64,000 nucleotides of DNA from a candidate division TM6 bacterium GW2011_GWF2_28_16 (GCA_000989185.1 LBNX01000001.1:97435-161434), one strand, 5' to 3'. Shown: positions 37,200-48,686, counted from the stretch's first letter. Notes: generated by a model from the sequence alone, not told the origin. Numbers and translations are program-made.

Positions 37200-38234
37200 A
37201 TGAAAAGTATATTAAAATCTAAGATAGCTGGAGCAGTTTTAGCCATAGCTATTCTTTCTAGCAACAGTGCTTATGGTTGGAATATGCCATGGATAAAAGA
37301 AACTCCATCAAAATTCAAAACTATGGCTACAGCAACTAAAGATTTGATTACATCCAAATATGATAATTGCGTTAATAGCATAGATCTTGCACGTGAAAAA
37401 TCATTAGGATTTTTAAAATCTAATTATAATAATGCTTTGGATTTAGTAAAACAAAAGTCATATAATTGGTTTACAAGCCCTATACAATATATAAAAAACA
37501 TAAATACACCAAATATATCAGAAAAGATAGAAGCTTTAAATAAATTACAACTAGATTCAAATCCTGGAATTATCAACATAAAGCAAGAAGCAATCTGTCA
37601 AAAAGATTTTTCTAACTCTATTGGTAAATTAGCAAATTCCATAAAATCTACATGGTACAAAACACCAACAATGTATGAAAAAATATCCGTAAATGGCATC
37701 AAAAAACTTAAACATATAAGCTATCTTGACGCAAAAGCGCTAGAGGAATTCAAAATTTATAAAACATTTAAAAAGTGTATTGCTGGAATCCCAACAGAAA
37801 AATTATCATTAACATCTAAACAATTAGCATCGCACCCAGCTCTAATGGAACTTTTAAAAACTAAATTTGAATTAACAAAAACTTTATTTCAATCTTTTTT
37901 AAATATTATTGCACCAGATAACGCACTTGCTCAATCTACAATAACATGGGTAATTTTGTTAGTTGGTGTGCCATGTACAGCCTACGGCATTTTTAAACTA
38001 GTAAAATTTATAGTTACATTAATGCCTACAATAATTAAATACACTTATAATGCAACAAAGGTAAGTACTATATTTATAGCAAAAATGTTATTTATCGTAG
38101 GTAAATATATGGGCAGAAAAGCTTTAATAGAAATACCTAGTGGTATATTTGCTTGGCTTTCAAGACATCCCCTTGTAGCTATGAATGTTTTAATATGGTC
38201 AATTATTGTAAATAATATAAACACAACATTATAA
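37200..38234 (+). CDS. hypothetical protein with a signal peptide and C-terminal multi-TM region
   Basis: GGAGGT SD before the ATG at 37200. Signal peptide …ILSSNSAYG. The C-terminal ~110 aa hold about three hydrophobic segments. Confidence 0.6.
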   Translation: MKSILKSKIAGAVLAIAILSSNSAYGWNMPWIKETPSKFKTMATATKDLITSKYDNCVNSIDLAREKSLGFLKSNYNNALDLVKQKSYNWFTSPIQYIKNINTPNISEKIEALNKLQLDSNPGIINIKQEAICQKDFSNSIGKLANSIKSTWYKTPTMYEKISVNGIKKLKHISYLDAKALEEFKIYKTFKKCIAGIPTEKLSLTSKQLASHPALMELLKTKFELTKTLFQSFLNIIAPDNALAQSTITWVILLVGVPCTAYGIFKLVKFIVTLMPTIIKYTYNATKVSTIFIAKMLFIVGKYMGRKALIEIPSGIFAWLSRHPLVAMNVLIWSIIVNNINTTL

Positions 38235-38267
38235 TTTAGAAATTTAAAATAAATAGAGGTTATTAGC

Positions 38268-38786
38268 ATGAATATAAATTTTAAAAATTTAATAAAAATT
38301 ACATTTTTAAGTATATGTATTTTTGCTAATAACCCTTTATTTTCTCAAAACGAAAATACAAAAAATATATCTAAAAAAGCTTTAATCATAAACAGTATCT
38401 TTGATGGCTATAATGCTTTTACAAATAGTTATATATCTGCAACTTTGGGCAATTTAATGTTCTCTGGACTAACTAATAGTTTTGCCCAAAAATCTATCTC
38501 TAAAGGCTTTACAAACAGCTATACTAATTTACAAAATATATTATCAAAAGTACCCTCTTGTTTTTCTTCGCTTAATTATAATAGCACTAAGCTTATGGGC
38601 GCCTTTTGGCTCAAAAAATTTGGCGCTTTTATTTCAAGCAAAAAAATATATAGTTTAATGTTACCAATAATGTTAATTCAATTATTAACACCATCTGAAT
38701 ATAATATAGCAATTACACCACTAATTGGTCTTTTTGCAGGAATAGACAGTTATATTAAAAATTCTAATAATATTAAAAATAAATAA
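38268..38786 (+). CDS. hypothetical protein with a signal peptide and C-terminal TM segments
   Basis: GAGGT SD. Signal peptide …ICIFANNPLFS. The S/N/T-rich middle carries TNSY/TNSF repeats and the tail is hydrophobic. Confidence 0.55.
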   Translation: MNINFKNLIKITFLSICIFANNPLFSQNENTKNISKKALIINSIFDGYNAFTNSYISATLGNLMFSGLTNSFAQKSISKGFTNSYTNLQNILSKVPSCFSSLNYNSTKLMGAFWLKKFGAFISSKKIYSLMLPIMLIQLLTPSEYNIAITPLIGLFAGIDSYIKNSNNIKNK

Positions 38787-38886
38787 ATTTAAAATTTCAA
38801 ATAGAAATCAAGCCAAAAACCCCTTTGCTCAATAAAATCTAATATGCTAAAATTTTACATTAATTTTAGAAAATTATTGGGGAATC

Positions 38887-41022
38887 ATGCAAAGTTTGGG
38901 CGATATTTTTAAATATAAATTATTATTTTTTATAATTTTTATACCAAGTATATTAACAAAAAATATATATCCAGAGATTAATACTTATCAAAAACTCGAA
39001 GAGTTATATCTCAATTCTTTTAAATTAGAACTACAAGAACAAGATTATCTAGCTGCATATAACAAAGAGACAGATTCTATAGATAATAATAAAATGCACG
39101 AAATAATTTATCAAAAGTTTACATTACCCAGAAATAACACCCAAGTAATTTTAAATTTGTTTAAAAGTGACAAAACAGAATCGCCCAAAAATTTAGTGAA
39201 AACAAGTACAAAATTATACGAAAATTTAGAAATATTTTGTGGTCAAAACATTTCAAGCTCTCATTTACTTTCTAAAATAGATCGAACCCAAAGTTATGCG
39301 GGTAGAATAACACTATCTAAGATACTTTTAGAACCAACTTTTGATATTCAAGAGTTACAAAATCGACAAGAAATTATAAAAGCTTTATTAGAAAATAAAA
39401 ATATCGATATTTTAGAAAAAATAATTAAAGAATATAAAGATCAAGAAGAAATATTACTTAAATTTTTTGATAAAAAAGAATTTAACAACATGTTTGGTTC
39501 CGAAAACTATTTTCCTGGAGCCTTTTGGGCTTTAGATGCACTAATAGATGTGTTACCCGAAGAATTAATAGATGCTCTAGGTGTTAGCGAACTTGCAAAA
39601 ACAATAAATTCTAACTCTGGCAAATTAAACTTAATAAATTTATTTAATATTATTGTAGATACAAAAAATACTTATAGCTTGATAACAAAATATATACCCA
39701 GAGATTATAAAGATCTTAAAACCAATTATGGGGACTTTAAACGTAATTTATATAATTCTAAAAATAACGCACAAAATTTAAATTTTTTAGCAGCAAGCTC
39801 AAATTTAGGTAAAACTCTTTTAAGTTCTTGGGATATTTTATCTTCTGTTGGAGACCTATTTGCTAACACAATGCATATAAGAAACAATATAAAAACAAAC
39901 ATTAAAAAACATAATCAAGTTAAAAAAATTCATAAAAAATTAAGTCAAATTTCCAAAATAATTACAAGCACAGATAAAATTAAAACTTTCATAATTTTCA
40001 ACAAAAGTTTAAGCAATAAATTTGGCGCCTTTAAAGAATTGGACGAATATTTTAAAGATATTACAAAACAAGATTATTTATTTAATAAACTATTAAATTC
40101 ACTAAGGTCAAAAATATATTCAAAAGAAGATGCAAGTTTTATTGAATTATATTTTTTACGTGGCAAAATTTTGCAAACAGCATATTTACTAGCAAGCACA
40201 CAGCAATATTTAGTGAAATTTATTAAAGCAATTGGACAAGTAGATGCTTATTTATCTATAGCAAAATTATATAAAGAAAATAAAAATAATAATGCAAAAT
40301 ATTGCTTTGCTAATTATTTAGAACAAGAAAATAGTTATATATATTTAGAAAATTTTTGGACACCATTTTTAAACCCACAAACAGCTATATTAAACAGCAT
40401 TGAGCTGGGGGCTTTAAATAGTCCCAAGTGCGCTTTAATAACAGGGCCAAACGCCGGCGGAAAATCTACAATATTAAAAGCAATATTAATAAATAGCTTA
40501 TTAGCACAAACTATTACAATAGCCCCTGCAAACACTTGCATATTAACACCATTTTATTATTTAGACTCTTATCTTAATATTACAGATGATATAAGTAACG
40601 GTAACTCTTTGTTTAAAGCTGAAGTTTTACGCGTAAAAGATTTATTGTTTAACATAGAAAATAATAATAAAAGTTTAGTTATAGTAGACGAAATGTTTAG
40701 TGGCACAAATCCAAAAGAAGGTTCTAGCGCTAGCTTTGCAATTGCAGATTATATTGCAAAATTAGCATATAAAGACAATAAAATATTAGCACTACTTGCA
40801 ACACATTATTCTATTATGACTCAGCTTGAAGTAAAAACTAATAATATAATTAAAAACTATCACGTAGATGCTTTTGTAAATAAGCAAGATCAAAAAATAG
40901 AATACCCATTTAAATTAATAAATGGACCTGCAGATAAAACTGTTGCTATAGATTTACTTGAATTCGAAAATTTTGATAAATCTATTATAGATACAGCAAG
41001 AGAAATTGTAGCTACAGCATAA
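38887..41022 (+). CDS. MutS-family ATPase lacking the mismatch-recognition domain, with an N-terminal hydrophobic segment
   Basis: MutS core-domain-like IDRTQSYAGRITLSKILLEPTFDIQELQNRQEII, Walker A GPNAGGKST and Walker B/signature …VIVDEMFSGTNPKEG…LATHY. The N-terminus is LLFFIIFIPSILT. No domain I and no Smr domain. Confidence 0.7.
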   Translation: MQSLGDIFKYKLLFFIIFIPSILTKNIYPEINTYQKLEELYLNSFKLELQEQDYLAAYNKETDSIDNNKMHEIIYQKFTLPRNNTQVILNLFKSDKTESPKNLVKTSTKLYENLEIFCGQNISSSHLLSKIDRTQSYAGRITLSKILLEPTFDIQELQNRQEIIKALLENKNIDILEKIIKEYKDQEEILLKFFDKKEFNNMFGSENYFPGAFWALDALIDVLPEELIDALGVSELAKTINSNSGKLNLINLFNIIVDTKNTYSLITKYIPRDYKDLKTNYGDFKRNLYNSKNNAQNLNFLAASSNLGKTLLSSWDILSSVGDLFANTMHIRNNIKTNIKKHNQVKKIHKKLSQISKIITSTDKIKTFIIFNKSLSNKFGAFKELDEYFKDITKQDYLFNKLLNSLRSKIYSKEDASFIELYFLRGKILQTAYLLASTQQYLVKFIKAIGQVDAYLSIAKLYKENKNNNAKYCFANYLEQENSYIYLENFWTPFLNPQTAILNSIELGALNSPKCALITGPNAGGKSTILKAILINSLLAQTITIAPANTCILTPFYYLDSYLNITDDISNGNSLFKAEVLRVKDLLFNIENNNKSLVIVDEMFSGTNPKEGSSASFAIADYIAKLAYKDNKILALLATHYSIMTQLEVKTNNIIKNYHVDAFVNKQDQKIEYPFKLINGPADKTVAIDLLEFENFDKSIIDTAREIVATA

Positions 41023-41023
41023 C

Positions 41024-41170
41024 CATAGGCGGATGGCGATAGCCATCCTTTACCCCAGTTACGCCGCACCTCACGGTGGGCTTATATGAACTTATAAAAT
41101 TATAAAAAGATCCCCTGAGCCTGCTTTAGCTGGCGTTATTATGGTAGCGGCAGGCTACCGCCTGCTGCAT
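41024..41170. repeat. GC-rich multi-hairpin block between the convergent mutS-like gene and tatD
   Basis: GGATGGC-GATA-GCCATCC (41031-41048), AGCCTGC…GCAGGCT (41118-41157) and GCAGGC-TACC-GCCTGC (41151-41166), plus a GATCCCCTGAGC end. It is loosely similar to 30228-30260. Confidence 0.6.
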
Positions 41171-41960
41171 TAAACAACCTTATCGCATTCTGCGTAGTTT
41201 GAACTTCTACTTCTTTTATATCTATATTTTTAGCAAGCGCAACAGCCTGAGCTGTTATTGGAATATATTCAGGCGAGTTCTGTTTGCCTCTAAATTCTTG
41301 TGGTGGCAAAAAAGGCGCATCAGTTTCTAATAAAATTCTATTTAATGGCATAAAATTTACAATTTCACGCAAATAATTATTTTTAGGATAAGTAATAATC
41401 GCACCTATACCTAAATAAAAATTTAAGTCCAAAAATTTTTTTGCATATTCTTTATCTTGAGAAAAACAATGTATAACACCAGTTATATTATTTTTATAAG
41501 TTTTTAAAATATCAAAAACTTCTTGCACAGACTCACGAACATGTATAACCAAAGGTAATTTATATTTGATACTAAGTTCTATTTGTTTTTCAAAAAAATT
41601 TATTTGTTTAACTTTATCATATGGCTTATGATAAAAATCTAAACCAGTTTCGCCAATGCCCACTATTTTATTTTCTTTTTTATTTACTATTAATTTTTCT
41701 ATTTCACTTAAATCAAAAATATTTTCACTATCACAAGGGTGTATGCCAATTACAGAATAAACTTGCTCAAAATTTTTAGAAATTAAAATAGAAATATTAC
41801 TATCTTGTAAACTTGTACCAACTGTTAAAAATTTATTAACATTAGTTTTTTGTGATCTAATTATAATATCTTTTATTATATCTAAATCTTTTAATTCAAA
41901 TTTGTCACCATAATTTTTAACAGCCATCATATTCAAATGACAGTGCGTATCAACAAACAT
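41139..41960 (-). CDS. tatD: TatD-family metal-dependent hydrolase/DNase
   Basis: MFVDTHCHL, GIGETGLDF, HVRE, VIHCFS and ETDAPFL. The last ~9 codons (AAGGSLPLP) lie in the GC-rich repeat block. Confidence 0.88.
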   Translation of the reverse strand: MFVDTHCHLNMMAVKNYGDKFELKDLDIIKDIIIRSQKTNVNKFLTVGTSLQDSNISILISKNFEQVYSVIGIHPCDSENIFDLSEIEKLIVNKKENKIVGIGETGLDFYHKPYDKVKQINFFEKQIELSIKYKLPLVIHVRESVQEVFDILKTYKNNITGVIHCFSQDKEYAKKFLDLNFYLGIGAIITYPKNNYLREIVNFMPLNRILLETDAPFLPPQEFRGKQNSPEYIPITAQAVALAKNIDIKEVEVQTTQNAIRLFNAAGGSLPLP

Positions 41961-42118
41961 AAAAATCCCCTTTAAAATTAAAAAAAATAAATTTTAAAAT
42001 ATTCTTTTCTTACAGGATAAAAATAATAAAATATATTGTATATATAGTATATTTATTATTACAAAAAAATTTTCAATATAAAATATGCACATAAATTAAA
42101 TATATTTTCCCTTTTTTC

Positions 42119-42147
42119 TTGACAAACGCATCAACACAATTTAAATT
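42119..42147 (+). promoter_or_regulatory. sigma70-type promoter candidate for hup
   Basis: TTGACA (42119-42124), a 17-nt spacer, then TAAATT (42142-42147). It lies about 90 nt upstream of the hup ATG. Confidence 0.5.
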
Positions 42148-42236
42148 TCTGCTGAACATGTTTGTAAAAATTGTAAGAGTAGTACCGTAAAGTATAACTA
42201 TAACTCTTTAACCCTTGTCAATTTGGGAGAATGTAA

Positions 42237-42509
42237 ATGAATAAGAGTGAATTAATAAATGCATTGAGCGAAGAAACCAACTTTAGCAAAAAAGATATTT
42301 CTAAAGTTTTAGCTTCTTTTACACGTATCATTGAAAGATCGTTAAAAAAAGGCGACAAAGTTTCTATCACAGGCTTTGGAACGTATTGGCTATCACATCG
42401 TCCATCACGTGTAGGTATTAATCCTGCAACAAAAGCAAGAATTAATCTTCCTGCAGTAAATGTTCCTCGCTTTAAGCCAGGCAAACATCTTAAAGAACAA
42501 CTTCGTTAA
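42237..42509 (+). CDS. hup: HU/IHF-family DNA-binding protein
   Basis: MNKSELI…GDKVSITGFGTY….R.GINPATK….PRFKPGK. A GGGAGA SD precedes the start. Confidence 0.9.
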   Translation: MNKSELINALSEETNFSKKDISKVLASFTRIIERSLKKGDKVSITGFGTYWLSHRPSRVGINPATKARINLPAVNVPRFKPGKHLKEQLR

Positions 42510-42527
42510 TTTGAGGTTGTTGGCGCG

Positions 42528-43370
42528 GTGATAAAAAAATTTATCAAAGCAATTGGGCCGATTTTATTATCGGCCCTTTTACTTTTAGCAGTATTTTTAA
42601 TTTTACAACCATTAATGCTCAAGATAAACCCTACGTATAGCTTATTAAGCTCTAGAGGGCTGGGCAAAGTTGTTTTTATAACACTTGTTATTGTAACAAT
42701 TCTTGGCTTTATTTTTACTCAATCTAAAAGTTTTATTAAAAATTTTTTACAAACTAATTTATATTTTTTTAAAGATAAAAAATTTATTAAATTATTTTTT
42801 AAATATTTTTTAATATTTTTTGTATTACACGCTTTTTTATTATTTATCTTTTATTTTTCTGGATACGCAATATTTAATAATAACTGGGGTCAATTTAATT
42901 TCAATTTAATATTTAAAATTTTATTTGGCTTTATTGTCGTATTCATGCTTGCCTGGACCGAAGAATTAATTTTTCGTGGCACACTATTTCCATATTTTGA
43001 ACAACATTTTTCTACATTTACAAGTTTAATTTTAACTTCTGTAATTTTTATGTTCGTTCATGATCTAAAAAACCCATTAAATTTAATTACCACAAACTGG
43101 CAACTTGGATTAGGCCTATTTTTGCTGGGTATGCTTTTAAACTTAATTTTTATAAAGACAAGAAAATTATATACAAATATGGGCGCTCATGCAGGACTTG
43201 TTTTTGTCAAAGTTATTTTGCGCCGTGCCCCACTATTAATATTTTTAGATCAACAAAATTTGCCATTCTGGGTAAATAAAGATTTACGTATGTCTGCATT
43301 AATTCACATATTATTTTTAATTTTAATAATATATTTAATTATAAAAAACAAACAATGCAGCAGGCTATAA
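42528..43370 (+). CDS. CPBP (CAAX) family intramembrane protease
   Basis: The EELIFRG motif, FMFVHD, a later HAG, and about 7 TM segments. GTG start. Confidence 0.7.
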   Translation: MIKKFIKAIGPILLSALLLLAVFLILQPLMLKINPTYSLLSSRGLGKVVFITLVIVTILGFIFTQSKSFIKNFLQTNLYFFKDKKFIKLFFKYFLIFFVLHAFLLFIFYFSGYAIFNNNWGQFNFNLIFKILFGFIVVFMLAWTEELIFRGTLFPYFEQHFSTFTSLILTSVIFMFVHDLKNPLNLITTNWQLGLGLFLLGMLLNLIFIKTRKLYTNMGAHAGLVFVKVILRRAPLLIFLDQQNLPFWVNKDLRMSALIHILFLILIIYLIIKNKQCSRL

Positions 43371-43380
43371 CCTTCCTCTA

Positions 43381-46119
43381 TTACCCTCTTTCATAAACAG
43401 AAACAAAAGACCCTGAAGAATTTTTTTGTACAACAAAATGCACAGGGAAATTCTCTTTAAACGATTCTAAATGTGAAACGACTATAATCTTAGAGAAATC
43501 ATTTTTTATTGCATATATCGCATCCATAAGACGTGATAACCCATCTTCATCTTGAGAACCAAAGCCTTCGTCTATAATTAAAGTTTGTAATGCAATACCA
43601 GCTCTTCTGGCTAATAATTTTGAAATAGCAATTCTTAATGCAAAATCAACTCGAAAGGCTTCACCGCCAGAAAACATTTCATATGGTCTAATACCAATAG
43701 AATCTGAAATTTTTATATCTAATGTCTCTTTAACTCCCCCACTTTTTAAATCTCTTAAAGACTCTATAAAAATTTGAGCCTGATTATCTGTTAATCGACT
43801 TAAAATATTATTAGCTTCTTCTTCTATTTGTGGAATAGCCTGTTCTATTAAAAGTGCCTGAATACCGTTTTTGCCAAATGCTTGTGCTAAAACCTGATAC
43901 TCCTGCATTTCTTGTGTTAATAAATTTAATTGTACTGTATTATTTTCAAACTCTTTTTTTAATTTTAAAATATTATTTACTTCATGTTCAAGTACAGTTA
44001 TTTTTTGAACACAAGCTTCTTTTTGTATTTTTGCACTATCAAGTATATTTTTTGTTTCGATTATATTTTTTTCTAATAATAACTCTTTAGATAAATCTAA
44101 ATTTAATTTTTCAATATCATTTTCTATTTTTAATTTTAATAATTTAAATTCTTTTAATTGCATATAAATAAAAGTTATTTTTGATCTTCTATTTACTTGC
44201 AATAACTTTTGATCTTCAAGCTTATTAACTAAACTTATTTTTTGCTCTATTAAATTTAAATTTTCACGTATTTGTTTATGTTCAGTTTCATTATAATTTA
44301 AGTTACCTTTTTCTTGTTCTATCTTTTTTATTGTATCAAAAAGCTCTTTTAAATCTTTATTATTAAAATTATTAACTATTAAGTTGTCTATATTTTTTTC
44401 AAATATTATTAAATCTTGAGATAATTTTTTTAAATTATCTTTATAAATAGCTATGTTTTTATCTAACTCTATTAAGCTTTTATTCACAATAGATAATTTA
44501 TTTTCTAAATCATTTAAATAAATATCGAGTTCGCTATTTTTTAATATATTTAATTTATATATTTCTTCTTTTTCTTTTAATATTTTTATTTGCTCATGTT
44601 GTTCTAATAATAAATTTTTTAATTTTTTAATTATATTCGTAGGACGAACCAGCTTATAGCTAACTAAATTAACTTCACTTAAAAATTTATTAGCCAAAAA
44701 GCTTTTTCTTCTAACTGTTAAAACCTGTTCACATAATGGGCAAGCAGGACTTTCTTGCTTTTTTATAACCTCAAGCTTATCTTTTAGATCTATATATTCA
44801 TTTTTAAGCCAATTGCCTCTTTCTATTAATAACTGATAAAAAGATCTTCTTTTTTCAAAAATTAATAGTGTTTTTTCTATTAATTCTTGATTGTTTTTGG
44901 CATTTAATAAATTTTTAGCTAACTTATTTTTTTCGCTTATATACTTTTCTTTTTGGCTTAATAAATTTTTTAGTTCTAATTCTAAGCTTTTTTTACTAGA
45001 TAATAATTGATTTAATTCTATTTCATTTTTTTGTATTTCTAATTTTAATTTATTTAAATCTTGATTGTTTTTTTCTTGCAAACTTAACGATAAATTTTGA
45101 TAAAGTTCTTTATTTTTTAATAATTCTTCTTGTAAAAGCAAAACTCTTTGCTGCGTCAAACTAAACTCTTTTTCTTTTTCTAATATATTTTTTTTCTCTT
45201 TTTCAAGATCTAGCAATAAATTTATTTTAATAATTTTATAATGTTCCTGTTTCCATAAAAGTGCTAAATCGTTATATTCTGTAAATTTTTGTGTATAAAT
45301 AATATTAATTTTATCTAATTCTTCTTTAAAAAATTTATATTTATCTTTAATTTTTAAAAAATTATTATATTCAAGATTATTTTTAGATAAATTTTGTTCT
45401 TGCTCTATTATATTTGTATTAATTTTATTTAAATTTTCTTTTTCTAAGTTATAAGAACATTTTAAATTTTCTTCTTTTAAAATTTCTTTTTCATAATTTT
45501 CTTGTATTTTCAAATTTAAATTTATATTTTCATTTATTATTTTAGCTTTATTTAAAGCCAAACTAGATAAATCTTCATATCTATTAAATCCTAATATATT
45601 GGCTAATATTTGCTTTCTTTCTTTTGCACTTTTTTTAGAAAATTCATCTGCAGCACCCTGTCTTAAAAATGCAGAATTTGTAAATGTTGTATAATCTAGC
45701 CCTAATAACTTTTCTATTTTTTCTTGTGTGTTTTTTATTGTTTTATCTGTTAACGTCAAAAACTTATCTTTTGTTATATCAAAAACCTCTAAATCCAAAT
45801 AAATTAAAGGTTTACCATAAGTCTTTGTGTATTCTCGTCGAACTCTATAAATATTACCGGCAAAGTTAAACTCCATACTTACCATCATTTTACTTTGCCC
45901 CAAACGCAAAAGACCTTCATCTGGTTTTACAGTTCCTGTAATTTTTCTTGCCTGTCCCCATAAAACCCAAGTTATTGCATCCAGCAATGCCGATTTTCCA
46001 TTTCCGTTTTTACCAGAAAGACAAATTAAAGAATAATCTTTAAATTCTACTGTATGTACAGAATCGCCGTAACTTAAAAAATTTTTTAATTCTAATTTTA
46101 GTGGTATCATAATAGTCAC
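43381..46119 (-). CDS. sbcC: SbcC/Rad50-like SMC-fold ATPase
   Basis: N-terminal Walker A LSGKNGNGKSALLDAITWVLWG, a ~600-aa coiled coil with a central CPLC zinc hook, and a C-terminal signature (SGGEAFRVDFALRIA) with Walker B (LIIDEGFGSQD). Confidence 0.8.
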   Translation of the reverse strand: MTIMIPLKLELKNFLSYGDSVHTVEFKDYSLICLSGKNGNGKSALLDAITWVLWGQARKITGTVKPDEGLLRLGQSKMMVSMEFNFAGNIYRVRREYTKTYGKPLIYLDLEVFDITKDKFLTLTDKTIKNTQEKIEKLLGLDYTTFTNSAFLRQGAADEFSKKSAKERKQILANILGFNRYEDLSSLALNKAKIINENINLNLKIQENYEKEILKEENLKCSYNLEKENLNKINTNIIEQEQNLSKNNLEYNNFLKIKDKYKFFKEELDKINIIYTQKFTEYNDLALLWKQEHYKIIKINLLLDLEKEKKNILEKEKEFSLTQQRVLLLQEELLKNKELYQNLSLSLQEKNNQDLNKLKLEIQKNEIELNQLLSSKKSLELELKNLLSQKEKYISEKNKLAKNLLNAKNNQELIEKTLLIFEKRRSFYQLLIERGNWLKNEYIDLKDKLEVIKKQESPACPLCEQVLTVRRKSFLANKFLSEVNLVSYKLVRPTNIIKKLKNLLLEQHEQIKILKEKEEIYKLNILKNSELDIYLNDLENKLSIVNKSLIELDKNIAIYKDNLKKLSQDLIIFEKNIDNLIVNNFNNKDLKELFDTIKKIEQEKGNLNYNETEHKQIRENLNLIEQKISLVNKLEDQKLLQVNRRSKITFIYMQLKEFKLLKLKIENDIEKLNLDLSKELLLEKNIIETKNILDSAKIQKEACVQKITVLEHEVNNILKLKKEFENNTVQLNLLTQEMQEYQVLAQAFGKNGIQALLIEQAIPQIEEEANNILSRLTDNQAQIFIESLRDLKSGGVKETLDIKISDSIGIRPYEMFSGGEAFRVDFALRIAISKLLARRAGIALQTLIIDEGFGSQDEDGLSRLMDAIYAIKNDFSKIIVVSHLESFKENFPVHFVVQKNSSGSFVSVYERG

Positions 46120-46161
46120 AAGTATAAAATAATATTTATAATTATAAAGTTACAATATATC

Positions 46162-47271
46162 ATGTTTAAAAAAAGATATTTTACATATTTCGATTGGGTT
46201 ATAACAGGCAGCATGCTTGCACTACTAGCATTAGGCCTTTTATTCGTATTTAGCTCAACGTATAGCCCAGAACATAATGTATCAATTTTTTTTAAAAAAC
46301 AACTTTTTTGGGCCATTTCTGGTATATTTATTTATCTATTTTTTAGTTTTAAAAACTTAGAAACACTCAGGCCTATTGGTTTTGCTGCTTTTTTTATAAC
46401 ATTAATATTGCTTTCTTACACTTTTTTAAGCGGTTTTATGGCAATGGGCGCCAAGCGCTGGGTTTCTATTTATTTTTTTAAATTTCAACCATCAGAACTT
46501 ACAAAGTTCTTTTTACCAATTTTTGTTGCATACTATTTTTACGAATATAAAACACTACAAATAACAATTGCAGGCAAAGCCGCTTTTAAAAATTTTATAG
46601 CACCATTAATAATATTATTTATTGCTTTTATTTTAATATTAAAACAACCTGATCTAGGTACAGCTTTAATAATATTACTATCGGGAATAATTCTTTTTTG
46701 GGTAATAGGCCTTGATAAAAAATTTATTATATTTTCTATATTAATTTCTATTATCTTTGCCCCATTTTTATGGACTAAGTTAAAACCTTATCAAAAACAA
46801 AGAATCTTAGTTTTATTAGGCGAAGGTGATGCCCAAAAAGAACGTTATCAACTTGAACAATCTAAAATTGCAATAGGCTCAGGAGGCATTTTGGGCAAAG
46901 GGCTTTTAAAAGGGACTCAAAATAAATTTGCATTTTTACCTGAAGATCATACAGATTTTATATTTGCTGTAATTTGCGAAGAGTTAGGCTTTTTGGGAGC
47001 ATTACTAGTTTTAATTTTATTTTTTTCACTATTTTTTAAAATAATAATACTAGCACTTCAACTTTCTAACATATCTGATCAAATAATTGTAGTTGGCCTA
47101 ATGTTACACATACTGCTTTCTGTAATTATAAATATATCTATGGTCACAGGCATTTTACCTATTGTTGGAATTCCATTACCATTATTTAGCTATGGTGGCA
47201 CAAATTTATGGATTACATTGGCAAGTTTGGGAATTATTAATAATATTGCAATAAAACAAGCATCTTATTAA
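46162..47271 (+). CDS. rodA: SEDS-family peptidoglycan glycosyltransferase (RodA/FtsW)
   Basis: FQPSELTKF, LEQSKIAIGSGGILGKG, HTDFIFAVICEELGF and PLPLFSYGGT. Confidence 0.8.
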   Translation: MFKKRYFTYFDWVITGSMLALLALGLLFVFSSTYSPEHNVSIFFKKQLFWAISGIFIYLFFSFKNLETLRPIGFAAFFITLILLSYTFLSGFMAMGAKRWVSIYFFKFQPSELTKFFLPIFVAYYFYEYKTLQITIAGKAAFKNFIAPLIILFIAFILILKQPDLGTALIILLSGIILFWVIGLDKKFIIFSILISIIFAPFLWTKLKPYQKQRILVLLGEGDAQKERYQLEQSKIAIGSGGILGKGLLKGTQNKFAFLPEDHTDFIFAVICEELGFLGALLVLILFFSLFFKIIILALQLSNISDQIIVVGLMLHILLSVIINISMVTGILPIVGIPLPLFSYGGTNLWITLASLGIINNIAIKQASY

Positions 47272-47294
47272 CCAGCGTTTAAATATTTAATATT

Positions 47295-48686
<1,392 letters not shown>

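Noticed and set aside
41024-41170. The GC-rich island as a structured RNA gene (tmRNA, RNase P RNA or 6S).
   Set aside because: It has no tRNA-like acceptor/T-arm, no RNase P conserved CR regions and no tag ORF. It overlaps the tatD 3' end and shares modules with other repeat blocks.
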